The notes beneath the pieces were generated by a model. It saw only the letters and a list, made by a program, of their open reading frames with translations. It was not told the DNA's origin and made no database searches. A DNA stretch of 64,000 nucleotides from Verrucomicrobiota bacterium. GTDB lineage: Bacteria; Verrucomicrobiota; Verrucomicrobiia; Verrucomicrobiales; Verrucomicrobiaceae. Below are positions 48,168 to 57,317 of this stretch, piece after piece (position 1 is the stretch's first letter; each line of letters starts with the position of its first letter). Where the stretch lies: assembly GCA_040387935.1 (NCBI GenBank), contig JAZKCU010000027.1, positions 9,474 to 73,473 of the forward strand. The letters are read 5' to 3'. The position numbers and the translations under genes are program-made.

Positions 48168-50698
48168 TGGAGTTCTGCCCCATGCTTTTTCCCCGCTTCC
48201 CCGTTTCCGCTTTCACGCTGCTGGCCCTGGCCAGTCCGGTCCTGCATGGAAAGGGGCTGGAAGACATGCCGGAATACCGCGCCGCACGGCAGGCGCTGAG
48301 TGATGGGCTGCCGGCTGTGGCCGCCCTGAAGGCCACGCGGCTCATGACGGCGGCCAGTGGCACTGATCGGCAGACCCTGGCGACGCTGGCGGTCGAGGCC
48401 TGGGTGCATGCCCGCCGCGGTGATGAAGCACTCAAACTCCTGGCCAGCGAGCAGGTGCCAAATGCCGATTTTTGGAAGGCTCAGGCTCAGGTGCAGGCAG
48501 GTGATCTGGAGGCAGCGGAGAAACTGCTGACGGCCCGTGTGCAGGACAAGACCGCGACTGATGCCGAGCGACTGCTGCTGGCTCAGGTGAGCCTGGCCTC
48601 TGGCAATCTGGCGCAGGCCCGCGAGGTGCTGGACTCTCTGCGCAAGGTTGATGACAAAGTCGTGGCCGACCGTTCAAGGATCATGTGGGACGAGGTGGAA
48701 CTGCGTTCCGGCCGTGCCGAACCTGCGCTGGCAGACCTAACCTCCTCTGATCATCCACTGGATGCCAAGGCCCGGCTGCTGCTGGCCGAGGGTCTGGTGG
48801 ATCAAAACCGCATCACTGAAGCGCAGGGAGAGCTTCGGGAACTCGTAAGCAGCACGGAGGGCGGTGAGCGGGTACACCATGCCGCCTCAGTTCTGCTGGC
48901 GGAGTCCTGGTTCCGCCAGGGCAATGCGGCCCAGGCTGTGGAAGGACTCGTGCAATTTCTGGACAACACGGCTGAGAGCGATTTGTGGAGCGGTGCCTTT
49001 GACCTGCTGGCTCGTTGCCTGAATGAGGTGACTGGAAGCCTGCCTCCGGATGCCACGCTGCGCTGGATCACCGAGGGCAATGCCGCGCAGAAAGCCGCCC
49101 TGACATCGCCAGCCACGACCTCGACCTTCCAGGGTCACGCCATGCTGCTGATGGCACGCTGGCTGGTGGCCCAGAAGCGTGAGGACGAGTCTCTCGGTCT
49201 GCTTGAAGCACTCATCCAGGTCCACTCCGGGCATCCGCAGTCCAATGAGGCCATGCAACTGGCTCTGGAAACCTACAGCACCCGCAAGGCGGATGAACGG
49301 GTGGCCGTGCTGACGGAGATGTGGAAGCGCCGCTTTGGCAACCAAGGCTCCGCCATGGTGGAGTTCGTCACCGCAGGCACGGCCTATGCCCGTGGCGATT
49401 ACGCGCGCAGCGCGCAGATTTTTCAAAACGCTGCCAATCTGGCCGCGACCCTGGCTGAGCGGCGCTCTGCTCTCTACAACGCCGGCGTGGCCGCGCTGCA
49501 CGGCGGTGAAATGCTCTTGTATCAAAATTTGCTAGGCCAGCTGCAGGTGGTCAGCGGTGATGCGGCGGTGGCATCTAAAGATGGTTCGGCGGACCTGGAG
49601 TTGGACAAGGCGCTGGAGGCTGCTGCGAAGGATAAAAGCGAGGCCGAGGCGGAACTTCGCGGCTTCATGGAAAAGCACAGCCAGCATCCGCGTTTGTTTG
49701 AGGCCCAGATGGCGCTGGCCGAACTGCTTTTGCTGCGTGTGCCCACGGATTTCGCCGGCGTGGACCGCGTGCTGGCCGCGGTGGAGTCCTCCCAGGCCCT
49801 GACGGAACGTCAGCGCGAACGGCTCGTCATGACGCAACTCTGGCGTCTGGATCGTGCAGGCAGGCTGAAGGAACTGACGGAGGCCGGAAGTGCCTTCATC
49901 AAGGCCTGGCCAGCCACCCCCCAGACCGCGCTGGTGCGCATGAAGATGGCAGATGCGTTTTTCAGGCTGGAGAACTTTGCTGCGGCGCGCACCGAATTTG
50001 AACTGGTGGCCAAGGAAGCCGCGAGCTCCTCCTACGCGGACACAGCGCTGTATTTCGCAGGCATGTCAGCGCTGTCCATGATGAGTGATGAAGGCCGTGA
50101 GACGGCGATCGACCTCTGGCAGGAGCTGGCGGAGCGCGGCGGGCCGCTCAGCATCCCGGCACGACAGCAGCAGGCCATGGCTCTGCGGAGATCCGGCAAG
50201 GAGGCGGAGGCGCTGAAGCTTGTGGACATCCTGCTTGGGGAACCCAAGCTCCCGAAAGCTCTCCGCCGCTCCATGATGTGTGAAAAGGCAGAGATTCTGA
50301 TGCTGCTAGGCAAGACAGATGCCGCTTCCCTGACGGCGGCCATCAAGGTGCTGCAGGATCTGATCCGCGAGCCTGACCTGTCCTTCGACTGGCGCGCGCG
50401 TGCGGGCTATACGCTGGCCGTGGCGTTGCAGTCTTCCGGCCAGGTGACGGAGGCACTGGAAGCCTGCTATGACGTGGTAGGGGCCGATGGTTTCACAGGG
50501 CCGGCAGATCCTGCAGAGTTTCGCTGGTACTACCGCGCTGGATTTTTCGGCATCGATCTCATGGAAAGTACCAAGCAGTGGGAGGCCGCTGCCCGTCTGG
50601 CCGAAAAACTAGCCGTCAGTTCTGGAGACCGGGCTGCTGAAGCCAAGGAACGAGCCACGAAAATCCGCCTGGAGCATTTCCTGTGGGACGGCAAGTGA
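48167..50698 (+). CDS. secreted tetratricopeptide-repeat (TPR) protein
   Basis: The start overlaps the mobA stop (TGATG). Signal peptide, then about 800 aa of Ala/Leu-rich helical repeats. Confidence 0.55.
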   Translation: MEFCPMLFPRFPVSAFTLLALASPVLHGKGLEDMPEYRAARQALSDGLPAVAALKATRLMTAASGTDRQTLATLAVEAWVHARRGDEALKLLASEQVPNADFWKAQAQVQAGDLEAAEKLLTARVQDKTATDAERLLLAQVSLASGNLAQAREVLDSLRKVDDKVVADRSRIMWDEVELRSGRAEPALADLTSSDHPLDAKARLLLAEGLVDQNRITEAQGELRELVSSTEGGERVHHAASVLLAESWFRQGNAAQAVEGLVQFLDNTAESDLWSGAFDLLARCLNEVTGSLPPDATLRWITEGNAAQKAALTSPATTSTFQGHAMLLMARWLVAQKREDESLGLLEALIQVHSGHPQSNEAMQLALETYSTRKADERVAVLTEMWKRRFGNQGSAMVEFVTAGTAYARGDYARSAQIFQNAANLAATLAERRSALYNAGVAALHGGEMLLYQNLLGQLQVVSGDAAVASKDGSADLELDKALEAAAKDKSEAEAELRGFMEKHSQHPRLFEAQMALAELLLLRVPTDFAGVDRVLAAVESSQALTERQRERLVMTQLWRLDRAGRLKELTEAGSAFIKAWPATPQTALVRMKMADAFFRLENFAAARTEFELVAKEAASSSYADTALYFAGMSALSMMSDEGRETAIDLWQELAERGGPLSIPARQQQAMALRRSGKEAEALKLVDILLGEPKLPKALRRSMMCEKAEILMLLGKTDAASLTAAIKVLQDLIREPDLSFDWRARAGYTLAVALQSSGQVTEALEACYDVVGADGFTGPADPAEFRWYYRAGFFGIDLMESTKQWEAAARLAEKLAVSSGDRAAEAKERATKIRLEHFLWDGK

Positions 50699-50706
50699 CA
50701 GAGGCA

Positions 50707-50734
50707 TTGACATCACTGGGGCAGTTTTTACACT
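50707..50734 (+). promoter_or_regulatory. sigma70-like promoter candidate (TTGACA - 16 bp - TACACT)
   Basis: Consensus-like hexamers with a 16-bp spacer, 55 bp upstream of the 50790 ORF. Confidence 0.4.
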
Positions 50735-50789
50735 CCGTCATCATTTCAGGAAATCAACAGCACCCAGGAAACGCGGAGGTCATCAACGC

Positions 50790-51050
50790 ATGAGGAACGA
50801 AGAATACGAAGAACAGCCGAGACGCGGCACGCCGGCGCTACACTCGGAAAAGATCATGACGGATCGGAAGATCTTCTTTCTGGATCTGAAGGAAAATGAG
50901 CGCGGACGAGTGATCAAGATCACCGAGGACGTGCGCGGACGCCGTGACACCATCATGCTGCCCGTGGAGGCTGCGGATGAGTTTCTCGATGCCCTGCAGC
51001 GCATCCTGGAGATGGAACGCGACCTGCCTCCCATCAACAAACTGGCCTGA
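50790..51050 (+). CDS. small PUR-alpha-like (DUF3276-type) nucleic-acid-binding protein
   Basis: KIFFLDLKENERGRVIKITE...RDTIMLP resembles bacterial Pur-alpha repeat proteins. The start may be MTDRK at 50856. Confidence 0.45.
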   Translation: MRNEEYEEQPRRGTPALHSEKIMTDRKIFFLDLKENERGRVIKITEDVRGRRDTIMLPVEAADEFLDALQRILEMERDLPPINKLA

Positions 51051-51318
51051 TTCCTTTCGGGCCGCTCACCGTGCACAAAACACTGCCAGCCATCTGATGG
51101 CAGCTGCTACCACGACCTCTGGTTGGCTGGCCGGGTTTTCATCCATTCAAGACGGAGGCCCAAAAGAGCCACTTTGAGGCGAGCATGCGCCAGGGATCCA
51201 GAGGGGTTGGATTCACGCTCCCCGTAACACAAGGGCGCAAGAACTCTGGTCTAGCGTGGGCTTCCGCCGCCACCGCACAAAAGTATTTCCAAGTTGTGAC
51301 GGATCTTGCTCCCAGCCG

Positions 51319-52284
51319 CTAGTAGCGCAAAAGCTTCCGTAACTCCGACGCGATGCTCGAGGTCGTCGGACGATGGCTTTTCCAAAGGTTCGGGTGATAA
51401 GGAATCGGCGTGTCTTTGGAGTTAAGACGCCGCGGCGGCGCATCCAGCAGATGGAAAGCCTCGCTCGCCACGCGGGCGATCACCTCGGACGTCACACCGC
51501 CCCAGGGGAAAGCCTCACCCACCACCAGTAGACGGCCAGTGCGCGCCACGGAAGCCAGGATCGTGTCTGTATCCATCGGCTTCACTGAGCGCAGATCGAC
51601 CACCTCCACCTCATAGCCATCCAGCCGCAGCTCTTCGGCGGCACGCAGGGACTCATGCAGCATGGCGCTATACGTCACCACCGTCGCATCGCGCCCCGGC
51701 CGCGCGATGCGCGCCTTGCCGATCGGCATGGACTGGCCGAAATCCTCCGCCTTCAGGTGGTAGTAGAGAAACTTGTGCTCGCAGAAGATGACCGGGTCTT
51801 CCAGCTTCACACTGTCCAGCAGCATCCAGTAGGCATCCTCCACGGTCGCTGGTGTCAGGATGACCAGACCGGGATAATGCGCATAGATGCTCTCCATGCT
51901 CTGGCTGTGAAAGGGGCCGCTGCCTGGAGTGCCGCCGGAAGGCAGGCGGATGGTGATAGGGCAGGGGGTGTTCGTGCGCCAGTAGAGTGTCGCCGCCTGG
52001 TTCACGATCTGGTTGAAGCCCACGGAGGAGAAATCCGCGAACTGCATCTCCACGATCGGCCGCGCGCCTTCCACGGCCGCGCCGATGGCCATGCCGATCA
52101 TCGCGTCCTCGCTGATGGGGGCATCAAACACGCGTCCTGGGAACTCACGCCCCAGGTTCTTTGTGGCTTTAAACGCTCCGCCAAACGCGCCGATGTCCTG
52201 CCCGTAGAGAAACACATTCGGGTTCGCTCTCAGGGCCTCGTATTGGGCTTCGCGGATGGCTTCCAGGTACGTGATGCTGCTCAT
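51319..52284 (-). CDS. 2-oxoacid (pyruvate/acetoin/branched-chain) dehydrogenase E1 component beta subunit
   Basis: The transketolase-like pattern ...GQDIGAFGGAFKATKNL...EMQFADF... is classic E1-beta. Confidence 0.85.
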   Translation of the reverse strand: MSSITYLEAIREAQYEALRANPNVFLYGQDIGAFGGAFKATKNLGREFPGRVFDAPISEDAMIGMAIGAAVEGARPIVEMQFADFSSVGFNQIVNQAATLYWRTNTPCPITIRLPSGGTPGSGPFHSQSMESIYAHYPGLVILTPATVEDAYWMLLDSVKLEDPVIFCEHKFLYYHLKAEDFGQSMPIGKARIARPGRDATVVTYSAMLHESLRAAEELRLDGYEVEVVDLRSVKPMDTDTILASVARTGRLLVVGEAFPWGGVTSEVIARVASEAFHLLDAPPRRLNSKDTPIPYHPNLWKSHRPTTSSIASELRKLLRY

Positions 52285-53375
52285 TCTTCCTGTCCCTCCA
52301 CCAGCGATGCCGTCGACAGCGCCTGCCAGTTTTCACGATAGGGATCCGGGGCGGGTTCTTTGGAAACCAGCGTCAGAGCCTGGTCCACCTCACGTTTTGC
52401 TTCTTGCTGCATGTCTTGCCATGTTTGGGCAGTGAGCCAGCCGTGCTCCAGGGCCTGTTGCTGCGCCACGGCCAGACAGTCCCGGCCCTCATGCGTATGC
52501 TTCTGCAGATCAGGCACGTAAGAGGCGTCATCATGCTCGCCATGGCCGCCCAGCCGGAGCAGTCGTCCCACGACGATCTGCGGCCCCTGGCCAGCGCGCG
52601 CCTGTTGAAACGCCTCACGGAAAGTCTTCACGCACTCCAGCAGATCCGTGCCGTCCACACAGTGCCCGGCCACGCCGTATCCTGCTGCACGATCCACCAG
52701 ATTCTCACAGGCATACTGGCGGGCGGTCGGGGTGGAGTAAGCGTATTGGTTGTTCGCGATGCTCACCACCAGCGGCAGTTTCTCCACCGCGGCCATGTTC
52801 ATCCCCTCATGAAAAGCGCCGGTCGAGGTGCCACCATCACCGATGCTGGTCGCGCCCACCGTGTCACCCAGCCTGCCTTGCAGCCTCCGGGCAAACAAAG
52901 CCCCAGCCACCACGGAAAGCAGGCTCCCCAGATGAGAGATCATCGCCATGTAGCCGATCTTCGGCTGCCCGCGGTGAATGTTGCCATCTCGGCCGCGCAT
53001 CGGCCCGGTCACCGTGCCGAGGTAGGTGCGCAGGGTGTCGATCACCGGTTCGCCATAGGCGATCCGGCCCGCCTGATCACGAATCAGCGGACCATAGATA
53101 TCCTTTCCCCAGCGCAGATGGATGCCGGACGCCGCGCTGAAAGCCTCCTGCCCGCGCCCCAGATACACGCCCCCGACGATGCGGCCACCAGACCGGTAGA
53201 GACTGCCCAGCTTCTCCTCTAAAGTGCGGGAAAGCACCATGCTGCGCAAAGCCTTCAAAAAGTCCTCTCGGTAGTGTGCGAGAGGATCGGCGGCTGTGGA
53301 GGTTTTGGAAGCGGCGGAAGGCACGGCAAATTCGGAAAGCAATCCGGCCTCCAAGAAACCACGGATACCGGACAT
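52281..53375 (-). CDS. 2-oxoacid dehydrogenase E1 component alpha subunit (TPP-binding)
   Basis: TPP-binding region (GDGGTSTGAFHEGMNMAA) and E1-alpha layout. Overlaps E1-beta by 4 nt. Confidence 0.75.
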   Translation of the reverse strand: MSGIRGFLEAGLLSEFAVPSAASKTSTAADPLAHYREDFLKALRSMVLSRTLEEKLGSLYRSGGRIVGGVYLGRGQEAFSAASGIHLRWGKDIYGPLIRDQAGRIAYGEPVIDTLRTYLGTVTGPMRGRDGNIHRGQPKIGYMAMISHLGSLLSVVAGALFARRLQGRLGDTVGATSIGDGGTSTGAFHEGMNMAAVEKLPLVVSIANNQYAYSTPTARQYACENLVDRAAGYGVAGHCVDGTDLLECVKTFREAFQQARAGQGPQIVVGRLLRLGGHGEHDDASYVPDLQKHTHEGRDCLAVAQQQALEHGWLTAQTWQDMQQEAKREVDQALTLVSKEPAPDPYRENWQALSTASLVEGQEE

Positions 53376-53680
53376 CGAGCAAATGCTTTCACACTCCCTC
53401 CCGGATGTCCAGAGAGGAATCACTCCCTTATCCCCTAAACGAGCCGCATCCCTGAGATTCCCAGCCCAGCCTCTGCTCGTCAATCGCTCCCCAGCGCCAT
53501 TTTCTCCGCATCTTCCCTATCCGTTTCCTTTTCATCCCTCCCAGATCTCCCTTTTCCCTAACGCCAGACACCTCTTGCCGGATTTCGAACTGAAGAACTT
53601 CCATACAGCGTGGAAAATTGTAATCGCCTCCTCCTGCGTCCGTCGCTTAAATCCCGGTCAATTCAGCCGAACTCCCGAAC

Positions 53681-54343
53681 GTGTTTGAACTCTACCAGGC
53701 CTCCATTTCGCCGCACCAAATCCTCCTCACGCTACTTCTGGCGCTGGTGGTCTTCTATTGGCTCCTCGTCATCTTAGGTGCGCTGGACTTCGAGACCGAC
53801 CTCCCCGACGACTTTGGCGATGGGGGCGGAGATGCGGACGGTGGCATCCATCATGGTCACGGCCACGGCGTGAACACTGGTGGTGCCTGGCTGACCGCAG
53901 GGCGTTTCTTTGGCTTCTCCCAGGTGCCCATCGCCGTCTGGGGCAGCTTCATGATCCTCTTCATGTGGTTCACCTCGCTCGTGCTGAACCAGGTGTGGAA
54001 TCCCGATGCCGACACAGGCCGCGCGCTCCTGCTCGTGCTGCCAAATTTCATCATCAGCGCCATTATCACCAAGATCGTCACCATCCCGGTCGCGAAGCTC
54101 TTCAAGGCCATGGCAGATGCTGACACCGAGGCCGAGGAAGTCATTGGGCGCACCGGCATCGTCTGCTCCATCGAGGCGGACGAGCGCTACGGCCAGCTTG
54201 AGATCAGCGCCATGGGCGTCCCGCTGCTGATCAACGTGCGCACTCTTCCCGGCCAACCAACTTTGCCGAAAGGCACCACCGCCCTGGTCATCTCCGCAGG
54301 CCCTGACCACGCCTACTACTTCATCGAACCTCTCAAATCATAA
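53681..54343 (+). CDS. NfeD/YqiJ-like inner-membrane protein (OB-fold, flotillin partner)
   Basis: Two N-terminal TM segments, a Gly/His/Asp-rich loop and a C-terminal beta-rich (OB-like) domain. Lies immediately upstream of a flotillin gene, as in yqiJ-yqiK. Confidence 0.6.
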   Translation: MFELYQASISPHQILLTLLLALVVFYWLLVILGALDFETDLPDDFGDGGGDADGGIHHGHGHGVNTGGAWLTAGRFFGFSQVPIAVWGSFMILFMWFTSLVLNQVWNPDADTGRALLLVLPNFIISAIITKIVTIPVAKLFKAMADADTEAEEVIGRTGIVCSIEADERYGQLEISAMGVPLLINVRTLPGQPTLPKGTTALVISAGPDHAYYFIEPLKS

Positions 54344-54366
54344 ATCAAAAATCGTCAATCATAAAT

Positions 54367-56448
54367 ATGCACATCCCACCCCTCGCTGTCCTCCTTGAAG
54401 GCAGCATCCTCGTCGGAGTCATCGTCATCGGCATCTTCCTCGGGGTGCTCATCCTCTTCTCGCGGTTCTTCCGCAAGGTCACGCAGGGCCAGGCCATCGT
54501 CCGGAACGGCATTGGCGGCACCAAGGTCTCCTTCAATGGCATGATCGTCATCCCCGTGGCGCATCAGGCGGAGTACATGGACATCTCCGTGAAGCGCATC
54601 GAGATCGAGCGTAAGGCCAATGAAGGCCTGATCTGTAAAGACAATCTGCGCGCTGACATCAAGGTCGCCTTCTTCGTCCGTGTGAACAAAACCCCGGAGG
54701 ACGTCCTCCGCGTCGCCCAGAGCATCGGCTGTGCCCGCGCCAGTGCGGTGGATACCATCCGCGTGCTGTTTGATGCAAAGTTCTCCGAGGCGCTGAAGAC
54801 TGTCGGCAAGCGCTTCGACTTTGTGCAGCTTTACAATGAGCGTGATCATTTCAAAAGCGAGATTCTCAAGGTCATCGGCACCGATCTGAACGGCTTCACG
54901 CTGGACGACTGCGCCATCGACTTCCTTGAGCAGACACGCCTCGAAAACCTCGACCCCGACAACATCCTCGACGCTGAAGGCATCAAGAAAATCACCGAGC
55001 TCACCGCCGCCCAAGCCAAGCTTTCCAACAACATTCAGCGCGACAAGGAAAAGGTCATCAAGCAGCAGGACGTGCAGGCCCGCGAGGCCATCCTGGAACT
55101 GGAGCGCCAGCTCGCCGAGACCGAGTCCAAGCAGAAGCGTGATGTCGAAAGCGTGCGTGCCCGTGAGCAGGCTGAAACCTTGAAAGTGCAGGAAGAGGAG
55201 CGCCTGAAATCCGAGCGCGCCCGCATCACCTCGGACGAGGAAATCGCCGTCGCCACGCAGAACAAAGAGCGCCAAGTCCTCGTGGCCCAGCGCAGCAAGG
55301 AACGCACGGATGCGGTCGAGATCGAGCGCGTCACCCGTGATCGCGACCTCGAGATCATCGAGCGCGAGCGCATCACCACACTCAAGAGCATCGAGAAGGA
55401 AAAGGCGGTCGAAATCGAGAAGAAGAACATCCAGGAGGTCATCAAGGACCGCGTCGCCCTGGAGAAGACCGTGGTCGTCGAGCAGCAGAAGATGAAGGAC
55501 ACCGAGGCCTTTGCCACGGCTGATCGTGAGAAGCAGGTGGCCCTGACCAACGCGGAGAAAAACGCGCAGGAGCAGCTCATTCAAAAGATCAAGGAAGCCG
55601 AAGCCGCGAAGCAGGCCGCCCAGCTCGCTGCCGAGCAGGCCGCCTTCACTTCCATCAAGGCTGCCGAGGCTGCCAAACAGTCCGCCGAGTTGCACGCTCA
55701 GGAGATCCTCACGCTTGCCGAGGCACGCCAGGAATCCGCCGCCAAGGATGCCTCCGCCGAGAAGTCTCTCGCTGAAGGCAGAACCGCCAGTTCCGCCGCC
55801 ATCGGGCTCGGTGAGGCGCAGGTCTTGCTCGCCAAGGCCGATGCCTCGCAGAGACAGGGCACCGTGGATGCCGAGGTCACGCAGCTCAAGCTCGCTGCCG
55901 AAGCCGATGGCATCACGAAGAAAGCGCAGGCCATGAAGCTGCTCGAAAACGCCGGTCGCGAGCATGAGGAGTTCAAGCTCAACCTTGAGAAGGACAAGGC
56001 CATCGCCCTCGCCGAGATCCACATCCAGAAGGACATCGCCGCCGCCCAGGCCGGGGTCCTTGGAGAAGCCATGAAGTCCGCCAAGATCGAGATCGTCGGC
56101 GGAGAAACCCAGTTCTTCGACAAGATCACCAACGCCATCGGCAATGCCCGCGCCATCGACCGCATGGTCGAAGGCAGCCGCACGCTCACGGATGTGAAGG
56201 AGACTTTCTTCAATGGTGATCCCGACTACTTCAAAGCCCAGCTCAAGACCATCATCGACCAGTTTGGCCTAACCAGTGAAGATACCAAGAACCTCACCCT
56301 CAGCGCCCTGTTTGCCAAATTGATCGGCCTCAACCCCGATGCCAGCACTGTGAACAAGCTCACCGGCATGATCGGCGCCGCCTCCAGGTTCGGCCTCACC
56401 GAGCAAACCGTCGCCGGCCTCCTCACCTCGAAGGCGGTGAAGAAGTAA
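54367..56448 (+). CDS. flotillin-family SPFH/band-7 protein (YqiK-like), long form with extended coiled-coil
   Basis: N-terminal TM, an SPFH core (QAIVRNGIGGTKVSFNGMIVIPVAHQ...), then about 400 aa of E/A/K-rich coiled coil. Confidence 0.8.
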   Translation: MHIPPLAVLLEGSILVGVIVIGIFLGVLILFSRFFRKVTQGQAIVRNGIGGTKVSFNGMIVIPVAHQAEYMDISVKRIEIERKANEGLICKDNLRADIKVAFFVRVNKTPEDVLRVAQSIGCARASAVDTIRVLFDAKFSEALKTVGKRFDFVQLYNERDHFKSEILKVIGTDLNGFTLDDCAIDFLEQTRLENLDPDNILDAEGIKKITELTAAQAKLSNNIQRDKEKVIKQQDVQAREAILELERQLAETESKQKRDVESVRAREQAETLKVQEEERLKSERARITSDEEIAVATQNKERQVLVAQRSKERTDAVEIERVTRDRDLEIIERERITTLKSIEKEKAVEIEKKNIQEVIKDRVALEKTVVVEQQKMKDTEAFATADREKQVALTNAEKNAQEQLIQKIKEAEAAKQAAQLAAEQAAFTSIKAAEAAKQSAELHAQEILTLAEARQESAAKDASAEKSLAEGRTASSAAIGLGEAQVLLAKADASQRQGTVDAEVTQLKLAAEADGITKKAQAMKLLENAGREHEEFKLNLEKDKAIALAEIHIQKDIAAAQAGVLGEAMKSAKIEIVGGETQFFDKITNAIGNARAIDRMVEGSRTLTDVKETFFNGDPDYFKAQLKTIIDQFGLTSEDTKNLTLSALFAKLIGLNPDASTVNKLTGMIGAASRFGLTEQTVAGLLTSKAVKK

Positions 56449-56461
56449 GTCACTCCCTCAA

Positions 56462-56980
56462 ATGTTATCAAAGCTTAAAGCCTGCGTTCAGCAGTTTTTA
56501 TCTGAAAGACCGCACAAGGCGGGTGAGACCGTTCAATTCGGCTGGTTCTGGTTTCGCATCGTCGAAGCGGGTTCTCCGCCGGAGATCGAAACCTTGGACA
56601 TGAAAGGCATGGCTTCATTCACGACTGATTTTCATGAAGCTGAGCGCGTTCATCAGGAGCAGTGCCGGATGGTGACTGCCAATGGGGTCGAGGCTGATGA
56701 TTCCATCACCTTGATGCACAGCGCTTTGGTATCGAAGAACTACAGGCCTGGCGTTTCTGATGCCTTCTTGAAGCATGATGAGCCCTCCGGAGGCATCGAT
56801 AGTGGATGGTATGTGGGCATCTACGATGACCCCCTGGATATGGATGATCCGGACTCCTTCCACCGTCAGTCACTCTATGAACTGACCATCCATGACATGC
56901 GCATGGCTCGCTACTGGACTCTGCCTCAAGCTTTCCTGGTTCACCTGGACACCAGCGTCGTAGACGATTTGAGGGAATGA
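56462..56980 (+). CDS. hypothetical acidic, Trp-rich cytoplasmic protein
   Basis: 172 aa, starts 14 bp after flotillin (FGWFWFRIVEAG...). The 3' end overlaps the next gene by 4 nt. Confidence 0.5.
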   Translation: MLSKLKACVQQFLSERPHKAGETVQFGWFWFRIVEAGSPPEIETLDMKGMASFTTDFHEAERVHQEQCRMVTANGVEADDSITLMHSALVSKNYRPGVSDAFLKHDEPSGGIDSGWYVGIYDDPLDMDDPDSFHRQSLYELTIHDMRMARYWTLPQAFLVHLDTSVVDDLRE

Positions 56981-57264
56981 GCCTCCAGCCCTGGAACACT
57001 ATGGCCATCGCCGCTCCATCCGCCCACAGCACGACCTCCTCACCCGAGATTGTGCATCGGGAAATCGTGGTCTTGCTTCCCGATCAGGAGCCGGAGCATT
57101 GGAAAAAAGTGAAGTGGGGCACAACCACAAGAGTCGTCTGGACCGTGATCTCCGTGGTGCTTCATCTCGTGGGCGCATTCTCGGTCTCCGGATGGATTGC
57201 CTTCTTCATCCTTTTGCATCTGGTCTTGTCCATCACCTCCATCTGGCGAGACACCCATGGCTGA
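56977..57264 (+). CDS. small membrane protein (2 TM)
   Basis: 95 aa with an ATGA overlap to the upstream gene. Hydrophobic segments VWTVISVVLHLVGAF and IAFFILLHLVLSI. Confidence 0.4.
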   Translation: MSLQPWNTMAIAAPSAHSTTSSPEIVHREIVVLLPDQEPEHWKKVKWGTTTRVVWTVISVVLHLVGAFSVSGWIAFFILLHLVLSITSIWRDTHG

Positions 57265-57317
57265 AACTCTTTCATCGTCGAACCCCGAAGGGGTTCCGAA
57301 CCTTTATACCGTGTTGA

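Noticed and set aside
54355-56022. 555-aa - strand ORF antisense to the flotillin gene
   Set aside because: Its product is extreme low-complexity (L/G/D/E repeats) mirroring the coiled-coil codon periodicity of flotillin on the other strand. It is a shadow ORF.
55000-56100. Periodic short repeats (gccgag / gaggc / aaggc units) that superficially resemble a repeat array
   Set aside because: They encode the E/A/K heptad coiled-coil of flotillin. The periodicity is irregular with no repeat-spacer structure, so it is not a CRISPR or tandem-repeat locus.
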